NCBI RefSeq assembly: GCF_004010195.1
Contig: NC_057749.1
Coordinates: forward strand, 16,308,524 to 16,372,523
From: Chiloscyllium plagiosum
Taxonomy: Eukaryota
DNA length: 64,000 bases
Direction of reading: 5' to 3'
The position numbers and the translations under genes are program-made. Below are positions 51,901 to 64,000 of the stretch, piece after piece; within the stretch, counting starts at the first letter, position 1, and each line of letters begins with the position of its first letter. The notes beneath the pieces are model-generated. The model did not search any database, was not told the origin of the DNA, and worked only from the letters and a program-made list of their open reading frames with translations.

Positions 51901-53881
51901 TGTCTGTCAGAATACCCTCAGGCATTGAACCTTCTTTTATAAGGTCACAAATTTCAATGCATTTTGGAACTCTTCATTGTGAATTTTAGGTTCTCAAAGT
52001 CTCACTGTAACTTAATATTATACTAATCTCTGGCTTAATATTATACTAGATGAAAATGTAACTAACATTACACTGCCATGCTGAGTCTATTCTGATTTGC
52101 TGCAGAGAACATTGTTTTGGATGTAATGTTAATGCTTTTAGTTTGAAAAGACCAATTGTACTTTTCAAACAGCAGCAGGGTGTTTTGCAGGGAGCTGTGG
52201 CCAGCATTTCTGTCTCAAACTATTACCAAAAAATGTTTAGCCAGCCATTTATCACACTTGTGGCACCTTTTAGCTGCAATGTTTATAAACACAATGACCT
52301 TAAGTGTCCAAATATTAATTCATCTTAAAATACTTTGAGATATTGATGCTTTGCAAGCATCTTTTATGGTTTCTCCAATACAAACACATAACCTAATGGC
52401 CAAACAAAAACCTGCATGGTTTAGTTTAAGGAAAGAATTATACAAGACTTTCCACAAAGGTCTGAAAGCTCTTCACAGCCAATAATTTTGAAGATTAGTC
52501 AAACGCAGGTATGCAATATTCAATTTGCAGATCACATAGATGTTGGGGAGTTAGGGGGCAGCATTAACATCCAGATAATTTATCTTCTTTGCTTGATGGA
52601 CAACTATTGGCCTGAACAACAGGACAGGAACAAAGCTTCTTTGAATCGTACTGTGGGATCTCTTACATCCACCTGGGAGAGGTCATTCTGCACTTGTTGT
52701 TCCATATGATGGCAAATTCTAATGTGCACCTCCCCAACAATGCAGTTGGGATGTTTTTCTCAAGTCTCTGGCTGACACCATATTATCCACTATTTGTAGA
52801 CCACTTTTCTTTCTACCTTGTTTCTCAATATAGATGCCGTGATCCATAGGCTTTTAGGTTTTTGATTACAATCTGTTTGACAACGGGTATATGACTGAAT
52901 TGGCTAAACTTCTCATCCTACTCTTTTCATGTTGTAAAGTAACAAAGAGAATATTATTCAAAGGCTGACGATATTCCAAATACCAATAGAACCAAACTCC
53001 TCAATATTATATTTTCTGAGCAAGCTGTGTCTGCCAAGATTCCAGAGGCAACCATATATTGCCACATGTTAGAACATCAGAGTGACAGACCTTGGAACAT
53101 TGTACACTTTATCCTTTATTGCCTTCAAGAGTAGCGTCAATGGGCAGAAAGTGAATTTTAGTTCTGAAGTGAATGTCTGCTGTGGGAAATCCAATTATTT
53201 TTCTCTTCTCCTGAGGATGTGTGTATAGGTATATGTTTGGGTTATTTAGAGAGATAAACATTCATTCTTTCATACGACCTACTATATATATTACCAGTTA
53301 TAGTACCTTCACTAAATAAGTGTTGTTTTGACAATAAACCAATAATTTAATTTTTATAAGATACCTGTTTAGTAGATGTTTTAGTTAAAACCTGATATGG
53401 AAAAGGTATTTAATTTAATTAGTCACCTCAATAACTGGGAAAGGTATTTTATCGATGGTGTGACTCATGGAATAGTGGGATAAGACTGATGGTGCATTCC
53501 TCCAGCTTCCGTCATGACACACAAGAATAATTTTATCTTTGCATGATTACAGGTTTCAAACTCAAAAAAAAGAGAATTAAGGTGCTTTCAATAATTTATG
53601 TGGAGCTTTGCTGTGCAAACTGTTTCCAAAAATCTAAAAATTAACTTAACAAAGTTACAACGTTCATATGACAATTTCCAATTCCTGGGAACCATGAAAT
53701 GATTACAGATAACAGCAGGAAGGGTTTCATCTGCACCACGATGCTGTTGGTCTTGTATAGTTTCAAAGTGGCTCATGAAGAAATCAGTACACACAAAGAA
53801 TGCAACGTAGATATCAATGACTGCAGAGTCCAGAAAACTGCACCCTATCAGCATCTTTGACATTTTTCTTTAACAACATAC

Positions 53882-54633
53882 TGTTAAGACAGACCCGCGG
53901 GGTCCCGTCTTTGCGTGTTCTTTCGGAAGGAGAGACTCACACTGGCAACTATGATTAGACGCAGACAGCAGTTTATTCACAGAATCTTAACTGATACAAC
54001 GAATCTACAGGCATGCATTCGTTGGAGAAGGCGTTCTGCCTTCCCGTTCAAAGTTGACACAATTATACTTCGCGCTGCCTGGAGTCCCCGGTCAGTTTGC
54101 CTTCCCCATTGGTCCATTCATCTGCGCGCGCTGGGGATCCGTCCTCCTATTGGCCGCATCGAAGTGCCTGTCCAGCTCCTGCTGTGCTTGACAATGGCTC
54201 AGCCATCCCTGGGAGCGGTTCCGATCCCGTATTCAATAGTTCATTGTTTCAAGGAATTACTATGTGTCTGACAGGCTAGCCATTTTCAATAGTTTTAGTT
54301 TAACTAAATTGTCAATTACACTTATCAACTTTAGACTTAAATAGAGCCATTCACACTCACTAGTTACAGGTTCTGATAGAGCAATTCACACTTGTCTAAC
54401 AGTTACAGATTCCGATCGGTTTCTTTATTAATCCCGAGTTTCGATGGGGCAATTGATACTGGCTGGTATTTACAGGCTCCAAGATTTAATTAACATTATG
54501 CATATCCCTTACAAGCTCCAGCAGTCATGCAATCGCCTGCAGCAGCTCGCTTGGCTGTTGTTAACCATTTCAGGGCTGGAAGTGTCACCCTCCCTAGCCC
54601 TACATTAAACACCGCAGTGAAATCTCCCCAACA
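53882..54633 (-). mobile_element. Solo LTR (752 bp)
   Basis: TGTT...AACA ends; ATAC TSD at 53878-53881 and 54634-54637; minus-strand CCAAT x2, TATAA and AATAAA in the expected order. Confidence 0.85.
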
Positions 54634-55304
54634 ATACTGTCAGTTTTTTTGAAGATTTGGGTTATGAATGTGGTGTCAATTTCAGCTTCCAGTGGCTGAA
54701 ATGAATATTTCAGGTGAGATACAGCATATGGCATGAGGGTAAAATGAAGTGATTTGTTGCAAATTCTATTTTTAGAAGCTTTTTTTAAAAGCAAAATGTC
54801 AGAGTTCCCTGTGGAATATGCAGGGAAAACAATCTTAAAAGCTTCAGTATAACTGTTGGCATTGAACTAAAACTTCCACAGGTTCTGCCCAATGATATGT
54901 TTTGAACCTTGAGTCAGTATTGCATCACCTACTGTAAAAGGGTAGTTTTCCCCATTTCTGATTGAACACGATCTTGAGACGCTGTGAGAACATTCTCTCA
55001 CTAGTCTACATGGAAACTGGGTCGAAATTACTCATGCAAATGGGGAAATAATAAAAGTAAATAAAAAGCAGGAAAGGCTTTGCTTTTCTCCACATGTTGT
55101 GCTTGTTTTCTGTGCGCACTTGGCCATTTAATTATATTTATTTAATTTAACCTCAGTGAAGGGATAAAAACATCAGACCTGAGTTCAACTGTAAGAAAGG
55201 GAAGACTGACATTCAGGCAGTCAATTTAGAAAGAACATCATTGTCTTCCCTCGATGAAAGACCTGGAATCACTACAACAAGGGAAGGAGAAACAAAAAAT
55301 TCCC

Positions 55305-55770
55305 AGAATGTGAAGGCAGGACATTACGCCCACCGAGTTCACACTGACCCTCCAAAGAGTTTCCTACCCAAACCCACCCATCCTTGTAGCCCTGCATTTC
55401 CCATGGCTAACCCACCTAGCTGCACATTCCTGGAGACTTTGGGCAATTTATCATGGTCATTCCAAGTAATCTACACATCTTTGGACTATAGGAGGAAACC
55501 GGTGCACCTAGAGGAAACCCAGTAGACACGGGGAGAATGTGCAAACTCCACACAGACAGTCACCAAAGGCTGGAATTGAACTTGGCACTCTAAGATAACA
55601 GAGGTAAAAACAATGACTGCAGATGCTGGAAACCAGATTCTGGATCAGTGGTGCTGGAAGAGCACAGCAATTCAGGCAGGATTTCGAAGCTCCTCGGATG
55701 CTGCCTGAATTGCTGTGCTCTTCCAGCACCACTGATCCAGACTCTAAGATAACAGTGCTAACCATTGAGT
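55305..55770 (-). mobile_element. HE1-like V-SINE interrupted by a hairpin element
   Basis: SINE body 55305-55601, resuming after 55741. Confidence 0.75.
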
Positions 55771-58700
55771 AGACTAAGTATGTTCTACAAAACTTGGAGT
55801 GGACTGGTGGGAATTGACAGAAACAAGTAGCTGGTCCTCTCCAGTAATGACAAAACACCAGGCAGCTGCCCATGTAAACAACAAAGACCATTTGTTCCAA
55901 AGAAAGTGTATCTTCACAAGGACAACCCCCATGTTGGACAAGCTGTCAAAGGAAATAGTTCCAGCCCCAACTTTGGAAATCCTGAAGACCCATTTACAGG
56001 TTATGTCCATTTCAAAGTTTCTCATCATCTGGATGATCATTTCAGTGGGTCATGCTCAATTTAGCTGGTGCTACCCACAGAAATGTTGGCAGAAAATAGA
56101 TATTAGTCTGTGACGCTGCAACTAAAGCAGATAAAAAGAGGTGGTGGCCAGATTTTCAATGCAGGGTCAGGAATCCAACACTCTGATGAAATCTGTGCTC
56201 TGACCCCATATCCAAGTTGCGTCATTCTCATGGCGCTACTTCTGAAATGCAAATAGCTTCTTTGATCAGGAACTGAGTTTGGTGCTCAGTACGTCAGAGG
56301 CTGAGGGGTGTAAAATCATGAGGGCTGGGATAAGGTAATTAGACAAGGTCTTTTCCCTGGGGTGGGGTAGCCCAGAACTAGAGGGCATAGGTTTAGGGTG
56401 GGAGGGGAAAAATTTAAAATAGACCTAATGTTTTCATGCAGAGGGTGTGTGTATATGGAATGAGTTGCCAGAGGAAGTGGTGGAGGCTGGTACAATTACA
56501 ACATTGAAAAGGCATCTGGATGGATATATTAATAGGAAGGGTTTAGAGGGATATGGACCAAGTGCAACAAATGGGACTAGATTAGGTTAGGATATTTGGT
56601 CAGTATGGATGAGTTGGACCGAAGGAGTTGTTTCCATGCTGTACATCGTTATGACTCTCAGTGGCTTTGAGCTGCTGCAGAAGGTGGGATTGCCTCTCGA
56701 CTATAAGCGATAGAGGGGTTGCCATGCTGCAAACTGCCTCTTGCCTTGCTGATGACAGCAGGCAGCTCCTTTGGGGGAACAGAGCCACAGACAAGATGGG
56801 TAGGAGCAGTGCTCATAGTGCTACGGCATAAATTTTAAAACCAATGGTGTGTAGTTTACCATGATCTCATGATGAACCCAACTAATGTGCACAAGACTGT
56901 TCGGGCTTTCCAGAAAAAGACAGTCACAAACAAAGAAGCTCTTAACGATCTCCTGACAGGGGCATGAACTGGCAGTGACTACATCTCCTGCTCCTTCCCC
57001 ACCAGCCAATCCTTTGAAAATCTGAAACTGTCCTGGAGCCACCAGGATCCCAAAACAACCTCCACGGCCTTGATTTTTAATTCCTGCCCACTCCAAGTCC
57101 TGGGCACTTTCAGAACCTGGCAAAAGATGTTCCAAAGTTTGAGGCCCAGGAAAGGTAAAGAGTGACAGTAATGGGAAAGACTTTTGGGATAGTTAGTTTT
57201 CAGGAGCAAGGTACACCTTGTGCTACAGAATATTTAGGCTGCAAAGAGGAACTCACAACCAACAACCTCTATTTATAAAGGACTTTTAATGTAACAATAC
57301 TGCACCATGTAGCTTCCCAGAAATATCATAAAGAATCAATGTACTTTAATCAGAGTAAAAAAAATCGGAACAGCAGTATCTATAGAAACAAGAAAAGGCT
57401 ATTCAGCCTGTCAAATTCCACTATTCAGTTAAGATCTTTTAGTGGGTGGGTAAATGGAGCTGAATTCACAAGAAGATCAGCCATGATCTTATTGAATGGC
57501 AGAGCAGGCTCAAGGAGCCAGATGATAGATTAGAGAGGCGCTGGAAAAGCATAGTAGGTCAGGCAGCATCTGAGGAGCAGGAAAATTGGGCAAAATGTCT
57601 TTTTTCCTGCTCCTCGGATGCTGCCTGACCTGCAGTGCTTTTCCAGCACCACATCTCCAGCATCTGCTATCCTCACTTATACTTCAAGGAGCCAGATGAC
57701 CTACTCCTGCTCCAAGTTCTTATGGTCTCATCATGGCTGATTGGTATCAGAACTTCATCCACTTGCCTTGGATCTGTTATCCTCACAGGCAGTCGAAAGC
57801 AGTTTTAGCAGGTGCATATCTCACATCAGAACATATTACATTTCATCATTTTAACTTTTATTGGTAAATTTATGCTGGGGCCAACAACTGAGATCAGCTA
57901 ACTCAACACAGGCAAGAATCAAACTGCAACCGTTGAATGGAACTTTAATGGTTTTGCTGTTACATTGATGACAATACAACTTCAGGGACAGAGAAAGGTA
58001 AAGTAACTGGATCAATCTAATAGCTTGCTTACAGCTGTGTAAGAGTTTCAGTTATTGTAGGAGGGATATAATTATGTATTGCTAAAATAGGCAACCTATA
58101 TGAAGAAGAAATACTTTAGCAAGACAATGTTAAAAAAAAATATCATTTTCATTTATTTGGATAATTTGTCCAACCCTTAGAAAAGAGTTTGTGCATGAAC
58201 ATTCCTCAATCTTTGGCAAACCATCCATCTTCCCTACCCCACCGTGGATTGTACAATGGAACCTGTTCAGACCCAGTTCAGTGTCTCCAGTATCCTGCTG
58301 CCAACATGAAATGCGTTTGTCTCTCTTCTCAGTTCATGCTTAGGTTCCTTTTATTTTTCCCCACCTCTTCCCACCCTGGGGAGAAGGAGTTTAAAAGCAT
58401 AGACTTCACCAGGTGGTGAAAATGTTCTCCAGCTCGAAGAGTTGGAAGGGGAATCCAGCAATCCGCTTCTCGAAATTAGTTCAGCCGTCTAACAAGGAAG
58501 AATTGGTGAAATTTGTTACTAACTGCTCTGTTGAAAGCACTACCCCCAACTGGGGCACAATTCCATGGACGCTAACCCCAGGTGGTCATTCTGCTATAGC
58601 CTGATAATCTTTGTGTTCTGCCCTTGAGCATCACTCAATGAACCTTGACTTTGACCTTTCCTTAATTTCTGCTATAAAGATGTTTTCTATTTTTACCATA

Positions 58701-59226
58701 ATTGCTTTTCTTTTCCATCATTATTTCAGCTGAATGAACAGTGGCCTTAACTCTCAATAATTCTCTTCATCCTCATGCATGCTGTGAGCAGTAACTTAGA
58801 AATAAAATTTTATTAATGTTTGCCTTTGTAGATAACCCAAATATTTGGCATCTTATTCCCATATTCCCCTCTTTGCACAATTTCTTTTGTTCCTAAAAAA
58901 ACCTCCAATTTATGATCTGTGTAAGATTAGTTATGGAGTTAACCAATATGCCTGCTACAAAAATTATGCTATTTTCCTAAAGCTACCCTTGTTTTGTAAT
59001 TTGGAACTCCTTGTCAATTTCCAGACCGTTTGGTCCCACCAAGCTGTATAATGTGATCAGCACTGCCTGGGTGTTCTGACATCAAATATAGGATCACTAC
59101 CAATATTAAATACATTATAAACCCAATCCCAGTTAAAAGCAGAGTTGCAGGACATCCTGCAGCAACTGCCATTTTTAAACCAAAAGGTTTGTAAACAGGC
59201 AATAGTCACTTGGAAGAATTTTAGAT

Positions 59227-59489
59227 TTACCTGTTGATATTGGACTGGAATAAGCTCAGTATATTTGCTCGTCTTGTTAAGTGAGCTCGTTGATTGATGG
59301 GGGCCCGAGCTGACACCACAGTCAGCCCATGGCTCGGAGGGTTGATGACATTCATCTTCATGTTCCACATATTGGAGCCACTGCCTGTGGTGCTCATTCG
59401 TGCTGCACTCATTGGGATGTTGAGGCTGGTTTCACAGTCTGATGGCATGCTCTTGCTTTGGGACCCTTTTGACTCCGTCAGGGAGTTTT
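59227..59489 (-). CDS. Probable last coding exon of upstream gene (TTLL13/TTLL6-like C-terminus by synteny)
   Basis: tttctgtacag acceptor, phase 1 matches the previous exon; ENSLTESKG...FQSNINR*; a gtaaat donor overlaps the stop, so a further exon is possible; minus-strand AATAAA at 58808-58813. Confidence 0.6.
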
Positions 59490-61589
59490 CTGTACAGAAA
59501 CACATTGCAGTCAATGGATTCCGTTCTCACCCTCCCTGCCCATCAATCCCCTTGCCCCTGTTGTACCCTGGCTGCCCTTCAGTGAAAGACTACCAATATG
59601 TTTTTTACTTAACTTTTATTTCTAACAGACAGATCAGTAATGTATACAGAATTGGTGTTCTCCAAAAGCATGTCATATTTTCCTCACTGAAGATGATAAC
59701 ATTGGATGTATTTCAGTATCGAGGACACTTTACTGTAAAGATAGGAACATATAAGTAAGTGAGCTGGGTGGATAATATTGAGTTTAAAGTTATTAAGATT
59801 GAAACATAACGGATTTAAAACCGGAATTTCACCACATTGATGTGTAGTGTAAGAACTGGGAATTACTGCAATATAAATGGTAACATAATACAATAATGGG
59901 CTACATCAAAGGTTTCTAACAAAGCTATGGCCTGGAGAAGGCAATGATAGGAAGTAAAAGTATGATGTGAAAAGCCATGATTTATCCTTCCTGGTTTGCA
60001 ATCAGGTCAAATAACTGATTGGCCAAAAAATATCAGATGATGTGTCCAAAAGAAAACAGGTCAGAAAGAAAATGGTGCATGAAAGTTACAAGATTTTCAC
60101 TCAGCCAGAAAGGCATTTAACTTATATCAGCATCCAGTGTGTAAATGTAAATTGAGAAGCCATTTTCACAGCTCCTTATTAAATCTGCACAGGTCAGCTT
60201 ACAATGAGAGGCTGTGCACTACGTTCAATGAGTCTTTAAAATCAATGTTATAATTGCAACAGATAAAGTGAATCCACAGATATGCTAGAGACTTCAGCTT
60301 TTAGAATCTGTTAAAAGGGTGAAAAACAGCCACATCTAGTACCTTGCTAAAATGTCCTTCCTTTGTGCATGTCTACGCAGCAAGTATTGGCAACAAAGTC
60401 TGCCCTTGTTCTGGTTTAATGACCAAACACTTGCACTTGTCAACAGGGGTCACTAGGATGACATCTGGAGCAGGATGTTTCCTTTCGTAATCCAATTCCC
60501 TTTCCGGGGGAAAAAGTGAAGACCTTGGGACTTATTTCCTTGGAGAGGTGATCTGATAGAAGTTGTCAAAATCATGAGGGCTCTGGACAGAGTGGATAGG
60601 GAGAAACTGTTCCCTCTCATAAAAGGATTAAGAACTAGAGGGTGTGGTTTTAAAACGTTTTACAAAAGAGGCAAATGTAAGGTAAGAAAAAATGATTTCA
60701 CGCAGCAAGTAATTTAATGCACTGCCCTGATGTCTGGTGGAGGCAGGTTCAGTTCAGGCATTCAAGGGGCATTGGATGATTATTTAAACAGAAACAATGT
60801 GCAGTGCTATGGGGAAAGGCAGGAGATTGTCACTAAGTTAAAATGCTTAGACAGCCAATGCATACACAAACGGCCCGCTTCTGCACCATGAAATTCTGTG
60901 ATTTTAACACCCCAGCTGGGATTACCGCAGACAGGAACTGTCTGACCTTCGTAATTTAATTGCTATTAATAGACATAGAAAGTAGGAAGAGTGTGCACCA
61001 CAGCAAACTTGGGGCTTAGAATGAAGTTAAGAAGTATTGGCAGTAGTAGTATTGTATACTATTCATTTACCTGTTTCATGTTCAATATTTGTTCTCTAGT
61101 AGCTGAGCTGTGATCTGACAATGTAATGAATTTCGCTAAGCCAGAGTTCAATGGAAAGGGCTCTCTCTTTGAACGCTTACCTATTTATTGGGTGGAAAGA
61201 GGCACATCAGGGCCACTTATAACAGCAGCTTCTTGCACTGAATCCAAGGACCATATTCAAAAATATAACACAGTTACAGGGTAGTGATTGAGAGCAGGCT
61301 GCACCATTAGTGATTTCTGGCTAACAGGGCAACACTCCACATTCCTACCAGCACTGCCGCTAAAAACAGCTAAATCAATGCTGGCAGATTGTACCCAGGG
61401 ACCTGGTAAGGATGACTGTAACTTACATCACACAGTGTACTCTCTCACCAAGATACTGCCTGGGGATGTTGAAACAAAAGTGCACTCTGCATATAACCTA
61501 GTCTGAAACAGATAACACAATTGCACACTTAACACTCCACACACACATAGAAACAAAGACACATTGAGAATAACAGATCATTTTCTTAC

Positions 61590-61965
61590 CGGGGTTTAGT
61601 TTGGCACTTGGTGAACGAGGATAAGTCATTCGTAACTCTGAAGATCCTGTAGTTCTTGACGTGACAACGGTTTCAAATGACATTTGTATAGGGTTTCCTG
61701 CCGTCCATGTCAGACCCCTGCGGATGGGATAGCGATGGTTAAAGCGCTGAAGGGGGAGTCCAATTCCCAGACTGGGATTTCCCTTTTGACCGACGTGAAT
61801 TGGAGCCTGGCCTCTAGGACTCAGCAGTGTGGACCAGTTAATGGTAGATGGGTTGAGGATCCCCAGCTCGGACGCAGTATTCCTTTCGAAAGAGGATAAG
61901 GGACCAATATATGTCAATCCTTCCATCTCCTGGAAGGGTCTATATGAGGTTTGGTAAACCAATGA
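61590..61965 (-). CDS. Internal coding exon of upstream gene (TTLL13-like by synteny)
   Basis: 376-nt open exon, tttctag acceptor and gtaaga donor; SLVYQTSYRPFQEMEGL...PSAKLNP. Confidence 0.7.
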
Positions 61966-63946
61966 CTAGAAAGTTAAAGAAATATAGAAGATGAGTGATG
62001 ACAAGACACAAACACAAGCTAGAAGAACCTTATGCTAAACCTCGGCTATCCATATATATCCTGGTTATATGTACACACCTAGGCTTTAATCATGTTTTCT
62101 TGTCTGATTGCCTCACCATGAGAGTGCTAACTCAGACTGATATACAGTTCAAGATATACTTGCTGAGACAGAAGGACTGCGCATGAGGAGAATCGAGACC
62201 ATTGGGATAGAGCAGGAAAGTAAGGTTGGTGCAGAAAATCAGCTGTGATTTTTATTGAATGGTGGAAGAAGCTTGAGGGGCTGCTTTCATTCCTATTTAA
62301 TATGGTCTTGTGACTCACCACTAATTTGTCCAAGTCACTGTAACAGTGAGAATCACATTTATTTAAGCACCGAAGGGGTCAAGGTACATCCAATTATATG
62401 GTCTGATAATATGTGAGACACAGGAATTGTGACGAATTCGATACATTTTTCAAACACCTGCACAGGCATAATGAGACAAATGGCCTTCTTCTGTCCTGTA
62501 AGGTTCTATTCCATATTAAAATGTACAGATAGCTGCTCAAACAGGAAATTCAGCACCAGGCAGTGTAGGGAGCTGATACGGTTTTTGCTGGTCAGTCTCC
62601 TGTCTGAGCCTTGGTTGTTCCAGTCTGCAGCTGCACCCATTTTCAGCTTACAATCATAAAAACATTACAGCACAGTAGGCCATTTAGTCCATCTAAACCT
62701 GATGTTTCTCTGAAAAATTAACTTTGCTACACAAAAGGGGTAGGAGTGGACAATATAGCCGCTCGAGTCTGTTCCATCATTCAAAAAGATCATTTCTGAT
62801 TGTCTACATTAACCCCACCTTCCAGACTTCTCTCATTAACTCTAAGTTTCCTTTGTGCCCAAACTATCCATTCCAACAGGAACATATTGAATTATATATT
62901 CTTACACTTTTACGGTCATGGTCCATTTGAAACATTGAGAATCCTTGGGTAGATTCATGCCACCAATCCTTCTTATTGGTATTGCTCTGAGCTACTGACA
63001 CAATTTGAGAAATCATACCCATAAGGAGATTTGGCAGAAGGTAGGCCCAATATTGAAAATAGTAATGATAGCGAGTTACATTACAGCTAAAATACATGAT
63101 GGTCTATTGTGAGATATCACACTCAACTCAAAAACAAATACATAATATAGTTAGCATATTGCAACACTTGGACACACATTAGTAACTCATTAGAAAACTG
63201 GTTAGTTCCTCCTAGGAAGTCTTTTATTTTCTTAAGAGCAGAGTTTATCTCATGATATCGATTCACCCTTTCAGGTACTAACTGTCTAATACTATATCTT
63301 CCCCAAGCTCTTTTTTTGCTTCATAAAATTCTTTATGCGACTGTTTCAAATAAGTAGGTTTACCACTACCACATCTCCTCCCTAAATTTGTGACTTTATA
63401 AATGGCTGGTGACTTGTTTGGTTTGAAAGTCTGCTGTTTGATGATGAATAATTCATAGAAATACTAATGAGTTGCTCAATTAAAACCTTTGCAGACGACA
63501 TCCTCTGGTACTGATGCCACTGTGGAAGGTTTTCATTTCTTTGGAGGATCTTTAGTTTGAGTCATGCCAGAGAAGACAGTTGTGATTGTGAAAGCAGTAA
63601 TCTTCTCCATTTGACATAAAAATGTGCTCTCGCCATTGTTTATTTTATTCTTGTACTTATGGTTTTGGCTAACAATGTTATTTTACCAGATTCAATCAAA
63701 GAGAGTAGAAATGACTGTGTTGCTTTGGTACTGGTTCTTCAAAACAGATTGGCTAAATGAAGATCTACAACAAACTTTGGCAAGTGTGGTGTCAGGGATA
63801 TCCAACATTACATTGTGAAGATTTATTCCATGGTTGGAAGATGACTGGATAATTCCTCCAAACCTGAGCAGTCAATAACATCTTCTGATCTCTCAATCAT
63901 GAAGAGTTGTCCTACATCAAAGTAATTAATCTCAAGACGTGCCTAC

Positions 63947-64000
63947 TTTATCTTGGGATTGGTGAACATTCTCCTGAGCCCTATGAAGTACTCCTCCTGT
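63947..64000 (-). CDS. Possible 3' part of a further exon of the same gene (runs off window)
   Basis: TGGVLHRAQENVHQSQDK then gtaggc; phase 0 matches the 61965 acceptor. Confidence 0.4.

Noticed and set aside
53915-54271. 118-aa ORF
   Set aside because: Lies within the solo LTR, non-ATG start, no recognisable motif
59294-59758. 154-aa hydrophobic plus-strand ORF
   Set aside because: Largely antisense to the minus-strand exon; no splice or family support
62860-63900. L1-like peptide hints (GGMNLP, YWA, LLAKTISTRI)
   Set aside because: GGMNLP and YWA are in the wrong order and all hints are too short to support a call

Overview
Vertebrate genomic DNA, almost certainly a shark: it carries HE1-like V-SINEs, abundant CR1 and Penelope-derived repeats, and an N-gap at 33789-33849. 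Four spliced genes lie in tandem on the minus strand: complete VPS33B (23 coding exons, 613 aa), complete HDDC3/MESH1 (4 exons, 180 aa), complete NGRN (3 exons, about 315 aa), and the 3' exons of a gene tentatively called TTLL13-like from synteny. I read the exons manually; all have GT-AG boundaries and consistent phases. The main non-gene signal is several families of short Penelope-like elements with minimal type-I hammerhead-ribozyme motifs, inverted (hairpin) arms and 11-16 bp target-site duplications. Also present are a decayed intronless CCDC88/HOOK-like pseudogene between HDDC3 and NGRN, a 752-bp solo LTR with promoter motifs upstream of NGRN, a G-rich minisatellite in HDDC3 intron 1, and a 41-bp retro-insertion flanked by a 78-bp duplication. 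Protein comparisons are from memory, not database searches, and repeat boundaries are approximate unless a TSD or TIR is quoted.
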